From contig OY253686.1 of NCBI GenBank assembly GCA_958009085.1, positions 682,001 to 746,000 of the forward strand: a stretch of DNA of 64,000 nt. The letters are read 5' to 3'. Origin of the DNA: Protoeuglena noctilucae (taxonomy: Eukaryota). Position numbers and translations under genes: made by a program. The notes under the pieces were generated by a model that ran no database searches, was not told the DNA's origin, and was given only the letters and a program-made list of their open reading frames with translations. Positions 12,401 through 21,973 of this stretch are shown in pieces. The stretch's first letter is position 1; each line of letters begins with the position of its first letter.

Positions 12401-13101
12401 GCCAGCAACGACAAGTGGGGCTGATGGTAGGGGCGGACCAGAGCTTGGTTGCGGTCGTCACAATTGGTTCCAGCACTCGCGTGCAGGGGATGCTTACATT
12501 TCCGTCTCCAACCTCTTGCGCCCGGAGGAGAACCACCGACTCCAGGCCTTGCGCATGGGCGTCACGCTGGTGCGTGCCGTCAGCGCCACCCGTGTGACTC
12601 TCCCGGACGGGCGTGTTCACACCCTGCAGGCGCGCGTTGGTCTGCATACCGGCCCCGTCGCTGCCGGGGTCCTGGGACTGAAGCGACGGGTCATGAGCCT
12701 CGTGGGGGACACGGTCAACACGGCCAGCCGCATGGAGAGTGCGGGTTTGCCAGGGCACGTGCAGGCATCGCAGTTCTTCTATGACGGGCTCCCTGAGGGC
12801 GTACAAAAGGTCTTCTTCCCAAGGGACGTTGAGATCAAGGCAAGGCAGGCCTGGAAGCTTGCTGGGAGCGGCTGGATGCCAGACTGTCTGACGTGTATGG
12901 ACGGTGTCTCTACAGGCAGCGTACAATGTCTCGACCTCTCACTGACTGCTGACTGCTGGCTGGCAACGTTGTTTCTCCTCCGCCCAGGGCAAGGGACGCA
13001 TCACGGTCTGGGCAATTGACGTGCTTGGCAACGGTATGGACCTGGAGCGGTTGGGCCTCGACATCACAGCGCAGATGCTGGGGGCCCCGGCTGGGGCGTA
13101 G
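9469..13101. repeat. Left arm of a large inverted duplication (partner 14662-18339)
   Basis: About 9490-10846 is near-identical to the reverse complement of 16962-18318, and 12119-13100 to that of 14663-15644. The middle part is homologous but diverged. Confidence 0.95.
9878..13101 (+). pseudogene. Multi-TM class III nucleotidyl cyclase (guanylate-cyclase-like), left copy; two apparent in-frame stops
   Basis: Catalytic motifs are intact: SLMFSDLVSFT, KYETVGDAY, RVGLHTGPVAAGVLG, GDTVNTASRMES, EIKGKG. TAA at 10028-10030 (AAA in the right copy) and TGA at 11884-11886 interrupt the frame shared with the right copy. Confidence 0.6.
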
Positions 13102-13196
13102 ATCATTTTGCGTATTCTTGATTGAAACTTAGTGGTGTCCTTTTTGGATATGCATTTATCCAAACGCAAAAAGAGATAGTGCGGGTAACACTGTCC

Positions 13197-14508
13197 GGAT
13201 GACCGGGCCAGCTAACATGGCATGCATACGAGTACGAAGACAGCAAGCACATGTGAGGTGAAAGGGCCCTTTTGACAAAAGAGCGGGGAGGTTCTGATTT
13301 TGAGGGGCGTTGACCGTCAGCTTGCCGACGGCCGAGACGAGCAGGTAGTGCAGAGCTACCCCAAAAGCGCCCCAACGCCTGTGGCAAGTTTGACAATCCG
13401 CTTGAGTCTTGGCTCAAACAGCCGCCGATCGAGTGAACGCGCGTTCTATACCTCTGGGAGCCCGAAAGACGTCAGCACATATAGCCACAGACACAGTCAG
13501 TGGGAGCTTCACATAGGCAGCAGCTGCCCATTGGCAATTTCAGACACACGACCGTGCAGCTGGTGCAAGCTCCTGCTGATGCACACACAAGCCACAACAC
13601 TTAACACATGCTGGCAGAGACGCAGTCAACTCAGGACATTTACCCAGTTAAGCCTGACCCACCCAGTCCGTTCGCTGGTTTGCAACTTGAACACGTATTG
13701 GATCCAATGCAAACTTTGCATATTGTCTTGACATATACTGAATCGCGCAAAGNNNNNNNNNNNNNNNNNNNNNNNNNNNNNNNNNNNNNNNNNNNNNNNN
13801 NNNNNNNNNNNNNNNNNNNNNNNNNNNNNNNNNNNNNNNNNNNNNNNNNNNNNNNNNNNNNNNNNNNNNNNNNNNNNNNNNNNNNNNNNNNNNNNNNNNN
13901 NNNNNNNNNNNNNNNNNNNNNNNNNNNNNNNNNNNNNNNNNNNNNNNNNNNNGGATGACCGGGCCAGCTAACATGGCATGCATACGAGTACGAAGACAGC
14001 AAGCACATGTGAGGTGAAAGGGCCCTTTTGACAAAAGAGCGGGGAGGTTCTGATTTTGAGGGGCGTTGACCGTCAGCTTGCCGACGGCCGAGACGAGCAG
14101 GTAGTGCAGAGCTACCCCAAAAGCGCCCCAACGCCTGTGGCAAGTTTGACAATCCGCTTGAGTCTTGGCTCAAACAGCCGCCGATCGAGTGAACGCGCGT
14201 TCTATACCTCTGGGAGCCCGAAAGACGTCAGCACATATAGCCACAGACACAGTCAGTGGGAGCTTCACATAGGCAGCAGCTGCCCATTGGCAATTTCAGA
14301 CACACGACCGTGCAGCTGGTGCAAGCTCCTGCTGATGCACACACAAGCCACAACACTTAACACATGCTGGCAGAGACGCAGTCAACTCAGGACATTTACC
14401 CAGTTAAGCCTGACCCACCCAGTCCGTTCGCTGGTTTGCAACTTGAACACGTATTGGATCCAATGCAAACTTTGCATATTGTCTTGACATATACTGAATC
14501 GCGCAAAG
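13197..14508. repeat. 556-bp direct duplicate (13197-13752 and 13953-14508) flanking a 200-N scaffold gap (13753-13952); probable unmerged contig overlap
   Basis: Both copies run from GGATGACCGGGCC to AATCGCGCAAAG, look identical, and abut the gap exactly. Confidence 0.9.
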
Positions 14509-14661
14509 GAAAAAAGCGAACACACGATATGACCGATAAGCATAAGAAGTCAACCACAACAGCAGGCATTACATAGATGAGAGAGATGGCAACAGGTCCA
14601 TGCACACAAGCTGCAGCGAAGCGCGGAAACTGTGACTTCAGCTGGAACAAGCTGGAAATGT

Positions 14662-17600
14662 TTACGCCCCAGCCGGGGCCCCCAGCATCTGCGCTGTGAT
14701 GTCGAGGCCCAACCGCTCCAGGTCCATACCGTTGCCAAGCACGTCAATTGCCCAGACCGTGATGCGTCCCTTGCCCTGGGCGGAGGAGAAACAACGTTGC
14801 CAGCCAGCAGTCAGCAGTCAGTGAGAGGTCGAGACATTGTACGCTGCCTGTAGAGACACCGTCCATACACGTCAGACAGTCTGGCATCCAGCCGCTCCCA
14901 GCAAGCTTCCAGGCCTGCCTTGCCTTGATCTCAACGTCCCTTGGGAAGAAGACCTTTTGTACGCCCTCAGGGAGCCCGTCATAGAAGAACTGCGATGCCT
15001 GCACGTGCCCTGGCAAACCCGCACTCTCCATGCGGCTGGCCGTGTTGACCGTGTCCCCCACGAGGCTCATGACCCGTCGCTTCAGTCCCAGGACCCCGGC
15101 AGCGACGGGGCCGGTATGCAGACCAACGCGCGCCTGCAGGGTGTGAACACGCCCGTCCGGGAGAGTCACACGGGTGGCGCTGACGGCACGCACCAGCGTG
15201 ACGCCCATGCGCAAGGCCTGGAGTCGGTGGTTCTCCTCCGGGCGCAAGAGGTTGGAGACGGAAATGTAAGCATCCCCTGCACGCGAGTGCTGGAACCAAT
15301 TGTGACGACCGCAACCAAGCTCTGGTCCGCCCCTACCATCAGCCCCACTTGTCGTTGCTGGCCTCACCCACAGTCTCGTACTTGTGGGCACCCAGAGCAT
15401 CGGAGACGCGGTCCAGCATGCTGAAGACGGCGTGGAGGGTCTGAAGGACGTCTCGGGCTGGCATCGTGCTGGCCATCTGCCGTGCGAGATGGAAGGAGAG
15501 AATGTTGGTCTGCAGGGCGAAACGACATGCTGTTTACCCACACCGTCCTTAAGAAACACCACGCTCACCTCAGTGAAGGACACAAGGTCGCTGAACATGA
15601 GCGAGACGTCGTCGTGCTCGCGGAAGTACACCAGGCCAGTCTGCCGAGAAGGGAAGGACACGTCCTGTAGTCTGCGGCTGCAAGCATTAAGCTTTGATAG
15701 GCGCATGACGCAAAAAAATTTTTACCTGTTCCTCGTGGCCCACGAATGGAACCGAGACAACCCCGCCCTGGGGCTCATTAAGTTGCTCAACACGCTGGGG
15801 CTCCTCAGCATGATTGGCCTGGCCAGCATTGACACTCATGGCCTTTGACCTGCGCCGCGCACTCGTGCCTCCCGGCCCGGCATCGACGTGCACGCGTGCA
15901 AGCTGCATTTCACTGTGCGACCGTGGGACTGCAGAGAGGTCGCTTGCAACTCGCGCATGGTCATTAGATGCCAGGCGACCTTCAGCTGGTCTTGCATGCT
16001 TTTCAAGAGATGGAGGATTCCGCACCGGCAGAGCTGCACGTGTTGAAAGATGTTGCAGTTGGTTTATCAGCGATCACCAGCACCACGTCAGACGCTACCC
16101 CCGCAGCCTTCTCCACTCACGGTAAGACGCGGTCCGAGCCGTGCGTGCCAGGGCGCCAAGGACCCCTCCCCCTGCACCCCCAGTCTGCTGACGAGCGAAC
16201 TCGTGCACCAAGGTGTCCGCAACCTCCTTGGGCACCACGTCGGCGAGGAGGGTGTCGCGTTGAATTGCCGTCACCCTGGAAAGGCTGACAGCACAGGTTC
16301 TCGAGGCGGGCACTTGGCGCTGTCCACACACATTCTGGACGTTTCCGCAACGACGCTTACCTGGCCATGCGAATTCCCACCCCAAAAGCCAAGAAGAAGG
16401 CCCAGACGACGAGGGTAGCCATAACGTTGTCGAGAGCGCCAGGGGGGTCTGGGCACCAAGCAGTGCTATTCCAAGGTATTTTGTGCTGCTGTACTCCCAG
16501 AACGCACAGTGCGTGTCTCAAAATTTTCTGCAGTTGCAATGTGCAACATGTTGCTGAGTTACACAACTTTCATCTTGTGCGAACTCTTTGCAGGTTTCCT
16601 ACCTCGTTTGTCTCCGATGTCTGCATCCAAACGACCACCGCGATGATGAAAGCGAAAGTGAGCCACTTGATGGGGAACAGCACGCGTAGCATGAGGATGT
16701 CGTCTTCGATGGCAGCTTGGATGCGTCCAATCCAGCTAAATGGCTTCTGGGCCTTGTCCTCGACGTGCTGCCTTGAAGACGCCAAGGGGCTTGCACTCTC
16801 GGGTTTGGCACCTGCTGGTGAGGCGATGGAAACTTCCAGAGACCGGGACCTGGCAGTGCCTTGGCCCAAAGACAGCGCCTCGGTAGGGGAAGATCTCGAT
16901 AAGGAGATTTGGCCATGCCCCGTCGGTAAGCTGCTGCTTGTGTGATGGTGAGGATGAGCGGATGGGCGGGGACTGCAGAGGACCCACGATGCGAAGCAGA
17001 AGACTGCCCAAAGGACGGGCTTCAGGAAGATGCCCACGATACCAGGAGCGTGTCTGAAGCCCAGTTGCGCCTGCACGACGGTTTGCCCCACGACCAGCCC
17101 CACAGCGACGAGCACTGCCAAAGCAGCGCCGGCCGGTTTTGCGAAACGGGACGGCGACGCGGCAAACGAGAGTGCGTAGACCAGCCCGAAGATCGAAACC
17201 ATGCCGGCCTCGACGGAAAGCCCTGCAGGGGCGAGGCAGTCTTTTATCAGGGGTCTGCCACGCACGCGTCCCAAACACCGGTGTTGTTCACTTACCGGGC
17301 CGCAAGCGCGACATGTAGTTCGTCCCCGAAAACTTGCGCCACTGGAGGAGCAGCAGGTAGACGCTGTCGAGAAGGGGCAGAACCTCCAAAGTCCTCCTGC
17401 GCACGACCATGACCGGGAAGAGGAGGAGAAGCAGCTCCAGCGAAAGAAGGGCCATCTGCAGAAGGACAAACTCATCATCTGTCACTTAAATCGCTTTTGC
17501 TGCCTCGTTCCAATACCTCCTTGCGGCATGACTGGGGAGCTCTTACCTCCGCGGTGGCCAGGGCGACGCACGCAAAGAGCATGGTCATGCCGTGGCATTC

Positions 17601-17930
17601 CGGATCCACGCACGGAACGATGCCCATGGGGCTTCCCTGGGCCAGCGTGCGCCACGACTTCCACGAGATCAGGGAGCGGAGGACCACGCCAAACAGCACT
17701 GCCTTGATCAGAGCCGCCTTGACCGCCGTGTCCACGAGAAGGCCACGCTGGAGGCCCGTCAGCACAAACTGTACTTTTTTACGGCTGGCGGCGTCGCTGT
17801 CCCGTCGGGAGATGGCTCTCCACGCCTGCGCAGGCGGGAGTCCAGCGCAGCGTGGGGGGGTGCTGCTTCCTCCGCGCGCGCCCCGCTATCCGCCGCGACA
17901 TGCCTTGCCGACTGCTTCTCTGCACTTCAT
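14662..17930 (-). CDS. Multi-TM class III nucleotidyl cyclase (probably guanylate cyclase), right copy, apparently intact; multi-exon
   Basis: Same catalytic motifs as the left copy. Several hydrophobic segments lie N-terminal to the LLADVVPKEVADTL helix. The exons I traced join in frame from ATG 17930 to TAA 14662-14664. Glu in KYETVGD indicates GTP preference. Confidence 0.8.
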
Positions 17931-18339
17931 GCTCACTTATGACGGCTATCCTGATCCGGTGGGGCTCCTGAAAGACGCAGCCAATGCGGAAACGGCCTGT
18001 CCAATGTTGGCCGGAAGCCGCGCTCCTCGGGAGCGAGACGCGACGCTATGCGCATCGATCGCACCGTCTGTCGCACGACAACTCACCGTCCCTCGAATAC
18101 GGCACTCCGCGGTGCGAGCCGGGTTTTGCAAGTACACAACCAGTTTAACACTCAGCGAAACGCTGAAATACCTACCAGTGCGCGAACGCACATCTACCCG
18201 ACGGCTCTAAGGACGTGGCGCGGCGATCTACAAGCGCCTGCGATGCGCGCTACTTCCCCCAGCAGCAGCGCCGTCGGCCCCGCCCGCGCAAGGCAGCAGC
18301 GCCCTCCCCAGCCGCCTCTGCGTCACCCTTGCCCTTGAG
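14662..18339. repeat. Right arm of the inverted duplication (partner 9469-13101)
   Basis: The ORF track gives mirrored, near-identical peptides, e.g. 10043..10333+ vs 17475..17765- and 12060..13019+ vs 14744..15706-. Confidence 0.95.
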
Positions 18340-21300
18340 CTGCTCGCTGTCTATCTTGTCGTCCAATCCTATGGCCTTGCTTGCCGGCCTGTCCCTCGTT
18401 CTGGTCCCCTCGGCAAAGCCAAGCGAGCCACCCTCCACCGTCGCTGCCCTGGACCGCTCCTCGCCTTGCGGGCCTGCTCTACCCAGGCCAACCTTCTCCG
18501 CCGGCCACGACTGGACCCCCTCGCTCGATTGCTTCCCCGGCATCACCGCGTCCTGCTCCCCAGCTTCCCAGCCTGGGTCTACAGAGTCCTCGCAATCGGC
18601 AGGGGGTACGGAGAGATGCCTCTGCAAAGACGGCGACAGGTCGGAGTATGGGGACAGCCAGTAACACCGACGGACACATCGAGGCTGTCGCCAGTCCCGT
18701 CCCAGCATCCCATGCTGACACCCCAGGGTGGACCACTCGCCTGTGTCACATGGGGCCGCAGCAACGTTGCACGATTCTGCATCAGCTGGTACAGCGCCAC
18801 GGGATTGATTCGTTGCCAGGACAGCTGCGCCCCCCGGCCGATCTGCTCGAGCGTCTGCAGCGAGAAGGCCGCTCCCTTGCCCAGGCCCTGCTCCAGTGCT
18901 TGCAGCGAGAAGGCCGCCCCCTTGCCCAGCCCTTGCTCCAGCACTTGCAGGGACCGATGGGCCTGCTTGGCCACCACGCGCACCACCCGGTCCGTCCCCG
19001 CCAGGATGGCTTCGATCCTGGGGCGCGCGGTTGCGATGGACAGAGTTGCACCCGCACAGGCGTGCCAGAGCAGGTATCGACGGCCAGCTCTTAACACAAC
19101 ATGCCCATCTGTCGACCCATACACCTGCTTCGTCACACCTGAGCTTCTTGAACGGCGCAAGGTTGGCCTGGCCCAGGAAGGCTCTGCAGCTGCTCTGAGA
19201 CGACGAGCCGACCTCGAGCACCTGCACGCAGCCGTAGTCGCCTTCGCCCCACACGCCGATGAAGTGCCTCTGCCAGTCAGCAAGCGTCATCCAGAACTCC
19301 CCGTCGTTGCTGTCCAGCTTGGGCTGCAGCGCGGCCTTCACGGCCGGGTACAAGTCCCACTCGGGGGACTCGTCGCTCCATGCGCCTGCGGCAGGAGGCG
19401 CGGGGCAGCACAAGTGAGCGTGCACACCGGCCCGCATCGACTTCCTTGCCCTGCTGCAGTCGCTGGAGGGCCCAGGACTGCCCCTCGCATATCCTCGCCT
19501 TTCCACTCCGTGGCACCCCAGGGGTTGCGTGTGCGTAAGAGGCGGAGCTTGTGCTCGGGGAATTCTGCCAGCTCGATGAGCGAGTACGCATGGGCCTGCA
19601 CGATCCCCTCCTTGACATCTGCGGGATCGAGATGCTCGACACGGATTATGCAAGACACGGAAAGCCACGGTTGCTCGGCGTGGCGTCAGAGCAGGCCACG
19701 TGTCGCACCGCTGTCACTGACGCCCGCACTCGAGGCGCTGAGGAGCCAGCCCTGCTCATCCGCGTGCTTCATGAACGCCCACAGCTCGTCCTCCGAGACC
19801 TTGCGGGTCTCCGGGTGAGAGCTAAACATGGCCTTGACGCCGGCGTCGGCGCCCATGGCCTGGCTGGCGTGCACGCCCTGCACCACGCCGCTCGTGATCC
19901 ACCACTGCCCGTCCTTGCACCACAAGTAGTGGCCCCGAGCATCCCCGGTCAGGCACGCCAGCGCCACCAGCGGCAGGCCCCCGTCCAGGAGGCTGTAGCG
20001 CCCGACGAACTGCGGAGGAAGCGGCTAGGGGCAGGCTCAGAAGAAGCGCAGGTGGTGCGCACAGCGGCCTGGGTGGCCAGAGCTTCACTCGGTGCCGTCA
20101 GTACCTTGGCCAGCGCTTTCTCCAGCAGGGGCACCCAGAGCTCGTTCTGGTTGTTGGTGGGGCGCGCAAAGCAGGGTGTACGATCCTTGGCCGTCACGGG
20201 CACATAGTCGTCCACGCACACGTTGTGCCATGCCCCTCCCTGAGTATCGAAGAGCCTGCGCAGGCACCACGCGCCGATTCGCATCTCCTTTCTATTGCCC
20301 TTTGGCGGCATGGCCGGCTAGGTGGAGGGTTGCCACATGGCATCCCACTCAGGTTACCGGAACGTGGCCTTGCCCACCGCCGCATCCGTCTCCTCCTCCA
20401 CCAGCAGAGCCCGCACCATGCCCGGGAACTCAGCAGCCAGGCACGCCACCGAGGACAGGAACCAGCAGTCACCCAGAGACCCCTGGCATATGTCTGCGGG
20501 CTCTACCTCGTCGAACATCACTGCGGGGGCGGGCGGAGGCGCAAAGTGGGACCCGGCGTTCCCCGCAACAGCCTGGGCTGAAATCGCTGTCACCAGCGGC
20601 TCTCGAGGGAAAAATACTTTGTTCTCGTCGCCTTTAGCCCGGCACAATCTCGGTTGGGCCCGACCGCGTCTCACCGGGTGGACGCTTGAAGAGGGCCAGG
20701 TCCGTCAGCCGCTCCCACTCCCAATCCTGGCCCCACGCAACGGCCAGGGGCTCTCGCCCGTCAGCCGGGTCCCCGCTGATGCTCGCGTCCACCGGCGGGA
20801 ACTCCTTGTCGCTGAACATCTCGACGCCCCGCAACGCCTGCGTCACCGTGTTGGGGGCGCGGCGCCAGCGCCCAGCCCGCACACGCTCGCCCGGCTCGGG
20901 CGAGGGGAACCGGACGTTGAAGACCAGGCGCTTGCCCTCCGCAATCTCGGCGAATTCCTCAAAGACCCCGCCCCGCCTCTGGTGCACAAAGACCTGCAGG
21001 GATGCAGGCAGGGCAGGCCGTCGTTGCCCAGGCCATGCCCAGGCCCACATCGCAGTGCCCGGGCGGCTCGCTGCAAATCGACGCTCGCCTCCATGGCCGT
21101 CTCGGACGTCCTCGCGTTCCGCAGCAGCCACATGTGACCTACGTAGGACGTAACTTCCATGGCCTCCCCTGCGCACACAATGGCATGGCGGTGCGTCTTC
21201 TTGAGAGCAGACGAGCGTGAATGCACGGCGACAATGCATAATCTGGTATGCAGTCCACGAGGCGCGCTTTGCGCTTCGCTCGCCACCTGGCCGCAGGGTC

Positions 21301-21674
21301 CCGAACGAAGCGTCCTCCGTGCCATCGTAGAAGACGAAGACGACCAACAGGACCTCGTTTGTCGAGTTCCGGAAATCCAACTCCACGGGTGTAAACTGCG
21401 GGAGGGCCAATGCTTCTGTCACCCCGCGGCCGGGGGGCGTCAAATGCGACGCCCCGTGCGCACGACGCCCAGGCGCATCGTGCAGATATCGCGCCCGCTC
21501 TTGCCATAAGCGTGGTGTGCATTGTAAAATCAAGCGACAGAAACTGACAGATTGCCATTCGTCGCGCACAGGTGACGAGAGGGCACTGCAGAAAACACTC
21601 GCCGGCTCAAGCGCCTCGCTCCGCGGGACGTCCGGCACATACAGCACCCCGTCATGTTCCACATAAAACTCCAT
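18250..21674 (-). CDS. Calpain-family cysteine protease (CysPc) with N-terminal VHL-beta-like domain and C-terminal RRRCCWGK tail; multi-exon
   Basis: FSDKEFPP, DICQGSLGDCWFLSSVA (Cys), VCVDDYVP, ELWVPLLEKALAK, ALACLTG, HAYS (His), RNPWG (Asn), DGEFWM. Upstream exons read PVELDFRNST..FYDG..TLRPG..TSYVGHMWLLR. Confidence 0.9.
18843..18950 (-). repeat. 45-bp coding tandem repeat (about 2.5 units) in the calpain C-terminal region
   Basis: TGCAG recurs at 18856, 18901 and 18946. Encodes LQVLEQGLGKGAAFS / LQALEQGLGKGAAFS / LQTLEQIGRGAQLS. Confidence 0.85.
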
Positions 21675-21973
21675 GGCGACCGCTATGTGCTCTTTATCAG
21701 TCTCTATCACGGTTTGTCCCTGGGAAAGCGGGGCGCTAGCATTTCCTGGAATGCTATCGTGTGGTCCGCGCCAACGTCGCCCTTGCCGATGTCTCGCGCT
21801 GTTTTGTGAAGCAGGGAAGTTGGCTCGGCCACACAAGCCCCACGGCTTCATGTTCCAAGCGCTACCAGCGCAGGTAACCTAACCCTAGGTTCCACTGGGG
21901 TCTCGCAAACATGGGCAGGGCCGGCGCGTGTGCCAGCCCATTTCTATCATAGGTCGCTCAGCATACGTCTCTC

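Noticed and set aside
13143..13164. TTTGGATA...TATCCAAA hairpin downstream of the left cyclase stop
   Set aside because: A short stem in an AT-richer 3' region of a eukaryotic gene; nothing supports a terminator or MITE role.
9469..18339. Inverted repeat as the termini of a transposon
   Set aside because: The arms consist of host gene sequence. No transposase, target-site duplication or terminal motif was seen.
21875..21890. TAACCTAACCCTAG telomere/telo-box-like motif upstream of the calpain gene
   Set aside because: Only about two imperfect units, which could occur by chance.
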